Assembly: GCA_012295275.1 (NCBI GenBank)
Contig: CM022671.1
Location: forward strand, 11,408,001 to 11,472,000
Reading direction: 5' to 3'
DNA from: Chrysomallon squamiferum
Taxonomy: Eukaryota; Animalia; Mollusca
Length of the DNA stretch: 64,000 nucleotides
The notes under the pieces were generated by a model. That model was not told where the DNA came from, ran no database searches, and saw nothing but the letters and a program-made list of their open reading frames with translations. Positions within the stretch are counted from its first letter, which is position 1, and every line of letters starts with the position of its first letter. A program made the position numbers and the translations under genes. Shown here in pieces: positions 1 through 14,900 of the stretch.

Positions 1-319
1 TCTTTTTTATTTGTCTTTTAAATTTTATAACAGTATGACAATATTGACATATTTACTGTGGTATTTTCAAATGTTAATTACAATCTATGTAAAACACTTA
101 TTCAAATATGAACGTGTTCTTTTTCAGTGCATATATTCTTTTTTAATGGCTGTTTTATTCAGAAATCAATTTATTGTCATATACATTTTGCCCAAGATGT
201 GTTTTCTTTTTGTTTTCACTTATTTATGTGAGATTCATGGCTTATCATAATCAAAACTTTTCTGAATGCTGTATGAAAAGTGGGTATACCATTTGTACTT
301 AGTGAAATATTGTTTTCAG

Positions 320-2367
320 AACAACTTGCTGCAGTACCAGAGTTGGCAAACCTTGGACCACTGTTCAAGTCCTCTCAGCCTGTTGAACTGACAGAATCTG
401 AAACAGAGTATGTTGTCAGATGTGTGAAACACACATTCAGTGGGTACATGGTGTTCCAGGTGGGTTTAACATTCAAACTGGGTGTAAGATGGAATATGTT
501 ATTAAATGTGTGATACAGTTTCCAGGGATTATTATATAGCATCAAACATTTCTTTTGTATGTGTGGTAGTACTGTTTCATCATTATATAGTTTATTAAAA
601 CATTTTTAAAATGATAAAATTGTTAATATTAGGCAATTGCAGTTATACTGAATAATTTACAGAAATCTGAATAATAAATTTGATCTAACGTATCCTGTTT
701 TGGGTATATTATCAATCTGTAATTCTGTTAATAAATCATAATGAGACTAGGAAAATACCTGTCTTCAAGCAGATCAAAATACGTTCTGCATTTTCACTTT
801 TCCATTGTATTAGCAATTTCTTTTTTTTTAAATGGTTCTAAGTTGATTTGATAAATGGTTTATCTGTCCAGTTTGACTGCACTAACACTCTGAATGACCA
901 AGTACTGGACAATGTTACTGTGCACATGGAACCATCTGAAGGCTTTGATGTTCTGAAGTACATTCCATGTCCTAGTCTACCATTTAACAAACTGGGTACC
1001 ACATACACTCTCGTCCACCTGCCAGCTGAGCCCACTTCAGGTTTGAGTTAACATATTAGTTTCAAACAGAACAGTCTTTCTTTTAAATATGAAATTATAT
1101 TCAATGTTAAGGTTTTAATAAAAATAATATATTCATTTTTTTTTGTCGAATACAGAAATCAGAATTATGGAATATTAACTGCGAGAACATAGCTATTGTT
1201 TTAATCCTGTAATGTTGATAAATCAAAACTGAATTACAGTTTTATCTGCTGAAACTAAAATTTGGAGTTTAAAATATTTTAACATTTGAATTGATATTAC
1301 ATATATTATAATTTTTTTAAACATACATATATTTAAATCTGAATGTTAAATTAACTTCAGTTGAAGATAGTGATTGATAAATGAATTTTATTTTATTTTA
1401 TTTATTTTTTTTATAGTGACAGGGACATTTAGTTGTTCACTCAAGTTTATTGTGAAAGATTGTGACCCAAACACAGGAGAACCTGACGAAGATGGCTATG
1501 ATGACGAATATGTGGTATGAGTTAATCCTATTTTCAGAAGTATCTTTATGTGATCTAGTATATATTTTTATATGAAGTTCTTAATCTGTTTTATAATCAC
1601 TATAAGGATATAAGTGTCATTAGCCTATTTTGGCTGATGAGACACATAATACATATTAGTACATAAAATGAAAACGGAGAAATACTTACACTTGTATAAA
1701 ACAGTGATATTGGAGTGTGAATTATTTATTGACAATGTAGATTAAAAAAATAACAGCTTAACAATCTTAATGATTCATCTTAGATTTATAATTAGTAAGT
1801 TTCTTAGCATTTTAATTTTATACTGAAGTGATGTTCTACCATATTAATTAATGTGTTTTTAGCTTGAAGATGTTGATGTAGCAGTTGCTGACCATGTTCA
1901 GCGGGTTATCAAGCCTAACTTTGCAGCTTCCTGGGAAGAGGTTGGGCCAGACAATGAACTTGAGGACACATACGTTTTGTCAACAATGAATTCACTAGAA
2001 GGTAAAGTTTACATTTATATTTGCATTTGTTTCTACAAAATTATATCCTTTTTTTTTATATAAGACAGTTTTTCTAATATTAGATATTCACAGTACATAA
2101 CCTGATTGATTGTTTAACAACTGTTTAATTGCAGAAGCTATAAAGAACATCATCCAGTATTTGGGAATGCAGCCGTGTGAGAGGTCTGATAAAGTACCAG
2201 AAGGGAAGAGTTCACACTCACTGTTTCTGGCTGGGGTATTCAGAGGCGGCCATGATGCTCTTGTTAGAGCCAAACTGGCTCTCACAGACTCTGGTGTCAC
2301 CATGCAGCTCACTGTGCGATCTACTGATCCTTACGTTTCAGAAGTCTTAGCAACAGCAATTGCTTAA
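320..2367 (+). CDS. COPG: Coatomer subunit gamma (gamma-COP), 3' part of gene (appendage domain); exons 320-459, 872-1040, 1417-1514, 1863-2001, 2135-2367(stop)
   Basis: The spliced translation [38 protein letters not shown]...[14 protein letters not shown].../[61 protein letters not shown].../[39 protein letters not shown] matches the gamma-COP C-terminus. All introns are GT-AG with compatible phases. The 5' exons lie outside the window. Confidence 0.95.
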
Positions 2368-2519
2368 AATTAATAAGGAAATGGGAGGACAGTTTTTTTT
2401 TATTGATGACCAATAAGAAAAATATATTCATAAAACAAGAAAGAAACTGAGATTGTAATTTATAAATAACGTGTAGTTGATAGAAACATAGTGAATTTAA
2501 AAAAATTAAATATTCTTGA

Positions 2520-2580
2520 AATAAATGTTATAAAAATGATATAAAAATACTGTTTCTTGTTTTTTATTCACTTAAATAAA
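2520..2580 (+). terminator. Candidate polyadenylation signals of COPG (AATAAA at 2520 and 2575)
   Basis: Two AATAAA hexamers 150-210 nt after the stop, followed by T/GT-rich sequence. The AT-rich background lowers specificity. Confidence 0.4.
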
Positions 2581-5500
2581 TTATTTTTGTCAGATGTTTA
2601 ATGTTAGCTGGTTTTTTTTCACATTATGTATAAAGTAAATGCTGAAAAAATACACAGCTTGTTTTTTTGGGGACTTTGACAAAAGAACCTTTATAAAATT
2701 TATACAATATATTTAACCTATCTGATTATAGTATATTTTTACAATTCTTGCGGTATAAAAACATTTAATTGAAAATTAATTGAATATATTCATGACTTTG
2801 TATAGACTGTTAAAACAGAAAATGCAGATATGATTAAATGTAACAATTCCAAACTTCAATTCAGAATTTAAAATAATTCCAGTGTTTTAATATTTTCAGT
2901 ATGGCAGAAATTGATTTATAATGATATTTATTTAGTTAATAAACAGTTGTTTGATTATGGTGTTGATTTTAAAAATGAATAAAGGAGTTAAAACAGTTTC
3001 TTGAGGAGTTGCCTGAAGTTTTCAGTTTATCTGTGAGAGCAGAAGATACAGTTTAAAGATTCTTTTCAAGTATTATTTTAGTATATAATAAAATATTACA
3101 AGATAGTAATACTTTAATAACTGAATTCAGAAACCTGAATGTTATTTACTATATATATTTGTTTAACATATCAAATGCATAATTTTGAAAGTTAGGATTA
3201 TTTGTATAAACATTCACAACATTTGATCAAATGTTTTCCTTTATAAGAACTTTATGGTAATGTTCAGTTATTTACAGTATAATTCTGCTTTATTTAACAT
3301 GGTTAAATGCATTTTAAATGCATGTTCAGTTTACAGTTTTCTTTGTCTTTCACTGCAATCCACGTTTTCAATACTGGAACAATTGTTTTAGATTTTTCTT
3401 AATTGCATGGGTTTAAACCACAACGTTTAAGTATTAAAAATCTATTTTAATTTGAAAAAAAAAAAAAGATTGTGTGTGTTTAAATATATGTATACACATA
3501 CATATTTACATAGGTACATGTAATGTTACATGTAGTAAAAGACAAAGTGATTTTAATTATTTAACTTGTACAAAAGAGATGTCGGAGAAAGTCACTGACA
3601 TGGGACACACACACAGGTATCCAGACTAAATTTCAAATGAAATTAGATGAAGAAATATAATGAATAAATAAAAATACAATTTAAGACAGTAAGTTATAAA
3701 AAAGCATGTAAATGTAATTATACCTGTACCATGACAATAAACAGTGATTTACATCAATTAGTAGTGATAACATAACAGTTGTCTCGGTGTACAGTGAATT
3801 TGTGTTACATGATGGCATATTAAAGTAGCTTTGGCAGTACTGATATTTAAAAAAAAATAATAATAATAATAATAATAAAAAATAAATAAATAATTTCCTA
3901 AATGTTTTTTTATTAGTTTGGGTGACCTGTCATCACTAAATGATAAAATATCTGATAACACCATTTTACTACTTTCCAACTGGCATCATGCTATTACTGC
4001 ATTCATGATAGTTGTATTTCTTTCTTTTTTTAAAGTTATTTTATTACGGTTTTTATAACAACAAAGATCAAAAAGACCATACAAAGAAATTTTATTTGTT
4101 TTGCAACAGTCAGAATATTATTTCAATAAAGTTGCTTGCACAAAGATAAAATTATCTGAATTACAGTCAGTAATGATTAGTTTTCGAAATCTAGAATCTT
4201 TGATAAAACTGAATTTAATATTCTTTTATTATTTTGTGTACAAGAATAAAATCAGTTTACATTATTATAGTTATTAGTAGTAATATTAAGAGTAAACTTG
4301 AGCATGAGACTACATTAAAATTAAAACAACAGTGTAAAGCTGCCATTCATGTGTTTGTCATACTGTAATCAGTGGATTTAAACATGTCACTATAAATAAA
4401 GAGAAATTAAAAATCATAAATTATACATATAGTATTTGGATCTATGAAAGTATGTAACTGTTTTGCAACAAGCATCCCAAATAAATGAGACTGTAATGCA
4501 ATATGAATTTAGTGTTTCCATTTTACATTTATTGAATTTCTAACAGTGGATTAGGACATTTTTTACATGTGGCAAAATGACTGAAACAAACTCATAGACA
4601 ACAGTTTTATTTTTTATATGTAGAAATAACATTCTAAATCACCACCAAATATGTCATGAACTGGTCTACTTGCACTCCACTGTGATTAAATGAGAAATTT
4701 AACATTTTTAAAAGCTTCTCTTACTGTTAGAAAGTAGATTCTTAAAAAACATTTAATATAAAAATAAATATATTTTCTAAATTTTAATTAATATTTTTAT
4801 AGCATGATATTTTAACTGGACAAAAAAGTGAAAATAAGACAGAAAATATAAAATTTATTACCCGTGTTTTAGAGTATGTTGAATCAAAATTTAAAAGGAA
4901 GTGAATAATAATAGCAATTTTACTAGCTCAGAATTAAAACCGTTTGCTGAATGGAGTCAGAATATCCTATTTGTCAGTTCTGAAACTTTTTCAAACATTT
5001 TTAATGAAATTACAAAAATGTAAAAAAATTCTTTGATACCCTTGAAAAATAAAATTAATATTTGTTATTTTACAATACGTCAAAAGTTATGTCCCCTTGC
5101 TTCTAGACATTTATTTATTTTAATTACTACTATGTTTTCTGTGAGTTTTATAAAGAGCCAAAATCTTTTAAAAAAAATATTTTCAATCAAGTTTCTGCAT
5201 CTTAAGTTGTAACTGAGAGTTTTTGTTTTTGTTTTTGTAATTTTTATTTTTATTTAATTTATTTATTTATTTTTATTTTTATTAATTATTATTATTATTA
5301 TTATTATTATTTAATTTATTTTATTTTTTTATTTTTTTATTTTTTTATTTTTTTGTTTCTTGTTAAGGCAACAGCAAGGGATTTAAATACATCAAAATGA
5401 AAAACACAGATTATTATCTACACCGAAATGTGTATTCACAATATGAACTATAAAGACAAGAGGTAATACTAACAGTGGTAATAATAACAACCAAAATGCC

Positions 5501-6979
5501 AGTTTATAACTGAACTAATAAAATAATTTTAAAAGATAAAATACACTAACACCGGAGAAAACAAAACAATGAAAACAAATTTATACTGTGTGACACAATC
5601 AAAATAACACATTCTTATCTCTAAAACTAGAGGCATTTCAAACTTGTTTTGATAAAGCTATACTGTGGTTTGTAAATAACTAATATATTAACATATACCA
5701 CTAACATTAATGATACCACAGAAAATATATTATGATCTTTGATACATCTGTCCACTTGAGATTATTCAAGTCAGCTGTCAAATTTTTAAATATTTTTGGA
5801 CTGTGATAACATGTATGCATTTACAATTATTTTTAACAACATATAATCATCAATAATTGTTTTATGTCAAACACATTACCTAGAGTTCAGATAAAGTCAG
5901 TGATTCTCAATCTGGGCTGTTTTATCCTTTGAATGCTGTGAGAAAAAAAGAGTGGTTGGAAAAGTTACGCTTTTATACTGTAATTAAACAATGTTGTAAC
6001 ACAATTCTGTTATAAAAGTGAAAAATTTAAACTCAGTGATCCCAACCATTAAAATTATTTGAAATGTGTTATTGGAAAATAGAAGGTTAAGAACAACAGA
6101 ACTGTTCCATGTTCCCATAAGTCAGCTTACTCTAGCCTTGAATTTTGCAGTCTTTTACTATTGCAGAAGCCGCACCCCCCCAAAATATATATATACACAC
6201 ATACACACATACACAGAAGCCTGAACACTTATAAATGGATAAATATCATTAATATTCTAACCACAAATACCCCTATTTTCTTACTATGGCAAAAGTCCAA
6301 AAATATTATACTTATAATGAGGAAACTTGAACAAATGTAAACATGTATCATTAAAACATTTGGATTCTCAGGAATCACTCCTATAACTCTGGGCTATAAG
6401 ACACTGGCATTTTTATAGTTAGTGAGATAATTACTTAAATTTTACAACACAAACAACCCTTGAAGGAAAGTAATAAGTGTGCAAAACCCTATTTGTGTGT
6501 AAAACATCAAAGTGTCTCAGTTGTAATATTACTTCGTATGTCCTTCCATATGATGACGTTGTAATTTGTTAACAATCTTTAATAATAATTAAGTGGAATA
6601 ATAAAATAATATACTAGAAGTATTTTCTGCATACGGAATGATGTAAATGTATTATGAAGACCACAATCAATATGTATCCTCACAAAATACATTTAGGATA
6701 TTTATACATGTTGTGAAAGGTGTACTTTCAATTATTAATATTGTAGACCACAATTTGATCTTAATGTCCCAGTGTTGTCTTTGTTGTATTTATTCTCCCA
6801 CTGATTCTTCCCTGAAGTTATTCAATGAGTAAACAATGAAGATAAACAGCCAGATTTAGCACCACAAAGTAATCATCATGACTAAACAAAACACAAATTC
6901 ACCAAGTACGTATCTAATTACTTTTATTTAAAATGTGTACGTAACCAGTCTATATACTAGTTATAACATTTATATTTTT

Positions 6980-6984
<5 letters not shown>

Positions 6985-7022
<38 letters not shown>
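6985..7022. repeat. (TA)n microsatellite
   Basis: ~19 TA units. Confidence 0.95.
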
Positions 7023-7024
<2 letters not shown>

Positions 7025-7243
7025 TCTTTGATTCTAGCTCTCATTCAACTCATCTGTGTGAATAAAATCATATACTACCCTAAACTAGTGATTTTCAAAC
7101 TGGATATCAAAAATAAATTATTTCTAAAAATTAAAATAATTTAAATTATTGTCTAGAAAATTTCAGTTGTAAAATATAAAGCTTGTGGGTTTTTTAGCAC
7201 TAGTAACAGTGATCATGGCAGCTGTGGTATTAAAACAGGAAAA

Positions 7244-7275
<32 letters not shown>

Positions 7276-8918
7276 TTGTTTGGGTTTGAGAGAGTACAGA
7301 TAGGAAAAACAAAAAATTTGAAGTTCAGGAAAAATACAAATAAATAAATAAATAAAAAGCTATGTAGAATTTAAAAAACAAAAAATGAAGAAACAGCACA
7401 ATATTAATAACAACTAGATTAGTCTGCTGATTGCAAACTTAGATGTGACTATATTTTAACACTGATAACAATACATTCAAACAGTAACAAGTAAAATGTT
7501 GTGTCACACCACCAGTGACAATAATTAGTGTTAACAAAACCACTGTAGAAATGAGAACAGTCTTACTCTTCAAGGCTGTGTATCACAAGTGATCAATGGA
7601 CGGATAATCAACATAAACAAATAATATTTTAAATATCACATTAATTAATACATTTAAAGACACAACACATATGGTAGATTTTTCATGCTACTTCAAATTA
7701 TGTTGTTGTTGTTATGTTATAATAAAAGCTATTGCTTAGTAAAAGATTATATTAATTATAAAAAAAAAATCCTGTATTTTTGATTTTGTTCAAGAGGTAG
7801 TTTCTTATAATTATGTGTGATTATAACATTTCTGCAAAACATATTTGAAAAAATATAAACTATTTTCTTATCACTTAATTCTATATTTAGATTTATCATA
7901 TATAAAATATTATATTATATATGAGAAAATAAAACATCTGTAAAATGTGAAAACAACATCTTGTTACACAAAACCATTTGTTTGATAACAGATCTGCCCC
8001 TGCTCTCTATTCCAAATCCTAATAATTTATTTCAAGTAAATATATTTAACACATTTCTATAACACAGAATCATTTCTATTTCCTTTGAATGGATGATATT
8101 GTTGTGAATTTAAAATTAACATCAATAGTGAGGCATGGCATGATGAAGGTTGAAAGAAGTGATGTAAGTTGACACACACATACAAACACATAAATGTAAT
8201 TACACATATAATTTGTGAGCATGTCGATATTTATATTGTTAGTTTTATTGGGTGATTTTGGTTCAAGACAATGTGTAAATACAATATGTTAATAAATACC
8301 CTGAACTACAGACACAGCAGTTTTATCAGTTGTAAGTTAAACATTACATACAGTGAATTAAACTTGCTCACATGTTGTCAAAATATGAAAGAAATGGGTT
8401 TCCTGTAGATTTAACTGCTAAATCACCAGAGTTATTTCTCATACATTCTTATCCACATGTCAAAGTTTGTCTTCTGACAAATCTTTATTTCTATTGTACA
8501 ACAATGCAAGCCTGATTGATTTGAAATTAGTGGAAGAATATAACACTTCAGCTGAAACATTTTGTAAAATATAGATGAAAAATATGAAATTTTAAAACAG
8601 ATTGTTTAAAAAATGTTAAGACATTAAAATTAATTTTTATCATCACACCAAATGTTTTATTTGAACCTTTGTCTACCCTGAATCTTACTAGCATCTCTGA
8701 AGCATGATATGTTTAAAATATCTTTGATAGCCTTTAAAAAAAGCCAAATATAATCTGAAATTATCAGTTGTCATTCTTGTTGGTATTATCGAAGCAACAC
8801 ATGATGATTATATGAAAACCAGTGATGAAGTGAAATTCTATCTTTACTGTATGTTGTGATGATGAAGTCTGATGGTGTGATTATCACTATTTGTGTTCTA
8901 CAGTGAAATAACTTAATT

Positions 8919-11900
8919 TCATTTATCATCTCTTAAACTGTTTATTAAAGAAGCAAACAACATATAAAGTCGTTCAGCTCTCTTGCTCTTCATTTCTGGC
9001 CAGCTTTCCTCGTTCTTGTGATGTGTAAGAACATCTTTCCTTACTACCTGATGACTTAAGTGAGAGAGCAGTTTTTCTATCAAGTAACGCTCCTCTTTCT
9101 CATGCAGTGGCTCAAGTCGCACAATCACATTAGCTAAATACTGAACAAGACTCTTTATGTGCTAAAAAATAATAAATTAATAATAATAATAATAATGCCA
9201 TAACATTTCTCACTCAAAATATTAAAATTTATTTTTTTTAATGAAGGAGGGATGTTTTCTTTATAAGTATTACAATATGAGAATGAATGGTGACCATTTG
9301 TGTTCTGTCTGCTTTGAATTACAATAATTAATTGTTGATACTAGTATAGTGTTGATGAAAGTGTTTATTGGAATGAGTTGGGTTTATCAAATATAGCATC
9401 GATCAAGCCTAATTCAAATAAGCTTAATCAATAAATAAATGTCTTATTTATATAATTTATGACTCATTTAGCTTTTATATCTTGAAAAATTTGTTTAAAA
9501 ACACTACCAATTTTTCACAACTGACTGTCTGACTGATAGTAATATACAGTTATACTGTACAAATTTCTAACACAAATGGGAGCATTTTTAATTTGCTGTT
9601 TATTTTCAGCTCTGATACTGATTGATTTTTTCTCTCTAAAGATGTCAACATATCCTACAGTTCTAAAATCCATATTAATGAAAAAATAGTAAATTTTTTC
9701 CAGTATGGGACTGGACATGATTGCTAATTACTAATTAACTGAACAAGTAAAAATGTTCAGACCTGTCCATCTTATTGAGCTGTAATAGTTTATTTATTTT
9801 AAGAGTCTGATAAGCATACATGTATATATATAATATTATAATTAGTATACAAGTAATCATCAGCATAAACATAAACAAGAGGACGTACCTTTTGAGGATG
9901 GATAGTTACACATGTTGCTGTCTTAAATGTAATGAATGTTTTAAATTGTTTCCAAGGTTACAAAGTTATTTTCTATTCTGGACAGACAGTATTAATGTAA
10001 AAGCAGATTCTTAAACAAATATGCACTTATAATGGACATACTAAAATGAAATTCATCTTCAATGTTATCCAGAGTACACATAAGACATTTTCTCTGTTCA
10101 ATTTCACAATACCTTCCTTCTTTAAAAGAGTAACTGGTGTGAGGAAACAAAATTCTGAGATAAGAAAACAAAACAGTTGGTAGATTTACTTACTGTCTGA
10201 ACTTTCTTCAAAGCACAAGCAGGGCTGTCTGGTGTTATTAGCATCATATTCAGATCTTGAACACACAAGACTGGTTCCTAGTGAAATACAAACATTTTTG
10301 AAATTAGCAGATAAATTAGCTGAAACAATAACAACAAACTTGAAATAGAAACACACCCAATACACAGACCTTTTCAAATATACTTAATTAATTCCAGTCT
10401 TCTGTCAATCAAAATAAAAACGATCATTTTGTTAACTTTCAAAACAAAATAGAATCATTTAGCTAAAAAAGTAATGACTTACAAAGCATAATTTGCTAAA
10501 CAAACTAACTCCATTCTGCATATTTTGAGAGAAAAAAACCTCCACTATTATATTTATATTATAATAATTATTCTTGTTTAGGCAGACATATTTTGTACAG
10601 CAGTGTGTTGTGTATGGTTTAAACAGATGCATAATGTGGATGGTGCTGACACAGGCAAACATTCCACACAACAATAACATGCTACTAGATTAGGACTATG
10701 TTTATATAACAGATGATGCATCACAGAAAACGGATCAGTTTTCTGTTCAAATTATTTGTAAGGCATTTGAAGATCTATGCATTCATGTATAGCCATACAT
10801 TATATTCAAGAGCTACAGTTTACTGTGCTCAAATTGTATTATTACTGTAGTACACAATAATAGCTAAAAAAGTGCCATTTTTAACATAATTGTTTTTATA
10901 ATAAATATATATGTATATAAACCTCATTCACATGCATATAAACAGACTGATTCAATGGCATAAAATCAGTTTTGAAAAATACATTGAATATATGAACAGA
11001 TACACATTTTTCAAAGGAGCAGTTATTATTATCAGAGGCCGAAAAACCTGTTACCTTTTTGATTAACAACAGATTTTTAACATATACTTCAGGAAAGTAT
11101 TTGTCACAAGAACTGGAAACAGTTCAGTAAGTAGTAAATAGTACACTACCATCCCAAAGATGACTGATACTGAACTTTTTACTGGGCTGAAACAATATCT
11201 GGGAGTCCCAGGGGTGTGCTGAAAAGATTTTTATGGCTGTCAGATAAATCCACTTCCCATAGTTAATGGTAGTAAAGTTTTAAGTGGCTATATTTGCTTA
11301 TCTAAAGGAAAGTTTTGAGATGTTTTTCTATCAATTAATCACACCTAATTAAAGTATAATACTTACTTTGAGCTGGACCAGCCAGTCCCACAGTACACCG
11401 CTCAGTATGAGAGGATTTACTTCTTTTGCTAGCTCAGTCCAGGCATCATCAGATGTGTTCAGAGCGTCCTGAAACAAAAATGAAAGTTTTGATTTGTGGT
11501 TATATTCATAACAAGATGCAACAGGCACTGGCAGTCATTCAGTGTAAACACAAGAGATGTTCAGAACGTTTTATTATGAATGGTCAGGGAAAGACAAGTC
11601 ATATAATGGCATGAGGTACAACAGGTCACAGGATCAATCCACTTTAATGCTCTTATTTGAGTATTTTAAAGTCAACCTGTGTTTTCTGATTATACAGTGA
11701 TATGCACATAAAACATCCTTTGCTAGTTTCCTCTTTCATCATATAATAAGCATTGTTATCAAATAAGGATTTATTTAATGACAATTTTATAAGTCTTTCT
11801 TTTAAATGTTTAATACAAATTCTTTCAAACTAACATTTTTATACTGTCAATTTTTAATAGCTATACTTTAGTTGTTAAATATATGTAATCAAAACAGTTT

Positions 11901-14900
11901 TAAATAATTTCATTTTAAAAACATATTATGAGCTGTAAACAATGCCTTTTCCTTTTCCATTAATATTAAAAAAAAGTCATTCCATGCTGAATTTTAAAAA
12001 TAGAAAACTGTAAAATAGACCAGCTTAATTTCAATATTCTGTTACCTCTAATCTTCTTTTTTTTTTTCTTATGTGTTCAGAATATTCATAAGCACAAAGC
12101 GCTTCAACAACATGGTGGGCTGAGTCATGAGACAGCTGAGAATGAACTGAAATTTTAGAACCTTTGTTTGCAACCTTATTTTTCTGAGGCTTTCCACGGA
12201 AACCACAACAGTTAGAAGATCCAGAGTAAGATTCATTGTCTTCAGCAGCTCCATTAGACTGCTGAGGTTGACAGCTTGAACTGGTGGCCAGGTCTTGTTT
12301 GGAACGAGAACTTGATCTGTCTTTAGGTGCTGCAAATACTATACATGCGTTATCATCATCATCATCAGAGTTAGCATTGTCATATAAGGTCCGTCCAGGA
12401 TGTTTAATGTCTGATTCACTTACTTTTTTGTCAAACAGGTTCTCGCAACTTCTGCTTTTGCTTATTAAGTCGCGGTCATTATCAAGTAATGAATGAGATG
12501 AGTGCAGTGGAATGACAGGGTGTGTGGGTTCATGTAGTAATGAAACACTGGACACTTTCTCTGAAACAGCAGACAGCAGACTTATTGTTGAAGCAGACTT
12601 GTGAAAGACAGTAAGTGTCTGCCTACAGTTAGCCAAGTCCAACAGTCTTTCACAACACAAGTACACCACCTGCAGTAAACAAATATAAAATATACCACAC
12701 ATCAAAGTACACCACCTGCAGTAAACAAATATAAAATATACCACACATCAAAGTACAACAGCTGCAGTAAACAAATATAAAATATACCACATATCAAAGT
12801 ACACCACCTGCAGTAAACAAATATAAAATATACCACATCAAAGTACAACACCTGCAGTAAACAAATATAAAATATACCACACATCAAAGTACAACAGCTG
12901 CAATAAACAAATATAAAATATACCACACATCAAAGTACAACAGCTGCAGTAAACAAATATAAAATATACCACATATCAAAGTACACCACCTGCAGTAAAC
13001 AAATATAAAATATACCACACATCAAAGTACAACAGCTGCAGTAAACAAATATAAAATACACCACACATCAAAGTACAACAGCTGCAGTAAACAAATATAA
13101 AATATACCACACATCAAAGTACAACAGCTGCAGTAAACAAATATAAAATATACCACACATCAAAGTACAACAGCTGCAGTAAACAAATATAAAATAAAAT
13201 AAATATACACCACACATCAAAGTACAACAGCTGCAATAAACAAATATAAAATATACCACACATCAAAGTACAACAGCTGCAGTAAACAAATATAAAATAT
13301 CAAAATACAACACTGCAGTAAACAAATATAAAATATCATCAAAGTACAACAGCTGCAGTAAACAAATATAAAATACACCACACATCAAAGTACAACAGCT
13401 GCAGTAAACAAATATAAAATATACCACACATCAAAGTACAACAGCTGCAATAAACAAATATAAAATATACCACACATCAAAGTACAACAGCTGCAATAAA
13501 CAAATATAAAATATACCACACATCAAAGTACAACAGCTGCAATAAACAAATATAAAATATACACCACATCAAAATATAAACAAATATAAAACAAACAAAA
13601 ACAAATATAAAATATACCACACATCAAAGTACAACAGCTGCAGTAAACAAATATAAAATATAAATATACAAAAGTACACCACACACATCAAAGTACAACA
13701 GCTGCAGTAAACAAATATAAAATATACCACAAATTAAAAATATACAACAGCTGCAATAAACAAATATAAAATATACCACACATCAAAGTACAACAGCTGC
13801 AAATATAAAATAATCAAAACAGTAAAAATATAAAATATACCACACATCAAAGTACAACAGCTGCAGTAAACAAATATAAAATATACACATCAAATATGCA
13901 ATAAACAAATATAAAATAAAATACACATCAAATACAACAAAAACAAATAAAATACACACATCAAAGTACAACACCTGCAATAAACAAATATAAAATATCA
14001 AAGTACAACACACATAAACAAATAAATCAAAGTAAACAAATATAAAATACACACACATCAAAGTACAACAGCTGCAGTAAACAAATATAAAATATACCAC
14101 ACATCAAAGTACAACAGCTGCAATAAACAAATATAAAATATACCACACATCAAATACAACACAAATATAAAACAAATGCGGTGGAAATAAACAATAAAAT
14201 AAATCAAAGTACAGCACAATAACAAAAATAAAAAAAACACCAAAGTACAACACGTAATCAAATGCTGCAATAAACAAATATAAAATACATCAAAGTACAA
14301 CAGCTGCAGTAAACAAATATAAAATATACCACACATCAAAGTACAACAGCTGCAATAAACAAATATAAAATATACCACACATCAAAGTACAACAGCTGCA
14401 TAAACAAATATAAAATACACCACACATGCAGTAAACAAATATAAAATACAAACATCAAAGTACACCACCACACATCAAAGTACAACCAGCTGCAGTAAAC
14501 AAATATAAAAAATCAAAGTACAACAGCTGCAATAAACAAATATAAAATACACCACACATCAAAGTACAACAGCTGCAATAAACAAATATAAAATGCACCA
14601 CAAACAAATATAAAATATACCACACATCAAAGTACAACAGCTGCAATAAACAAATATAAAATACAACACATCAAAACAAATATAAACAAATATAAAAATA
14701 TCAACCACACATCAAAGTACAACAGCTGCAATAAACAAAATAAAAAATATACACACACACAATCAGTAAAAATATAAAACAACAGCTGCAATAAACAAAT
14801 AAAATATACACACACATCAGTAAAAGTACAACAGCTGCAATAAACAAATATAAAATAAAAAAATAAACACCACAATCAAAGTACAACAGCTGCAATAAAC

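Noticed and set aside
6770-8552. Exon-like segments on the minus strand (acceptor-like sites near 6882 and 8552)
   Set aside because: Short frames with no recognisable homology, downstream of the PTPDC1 stop; at most UTR exons.
9888-10010. Possible PTPDC1 exon (AAG|GTACGT donor)
   Set aside because: No clean open frame or homology; the expected EPVL exon was found at 10277-10194 instead.
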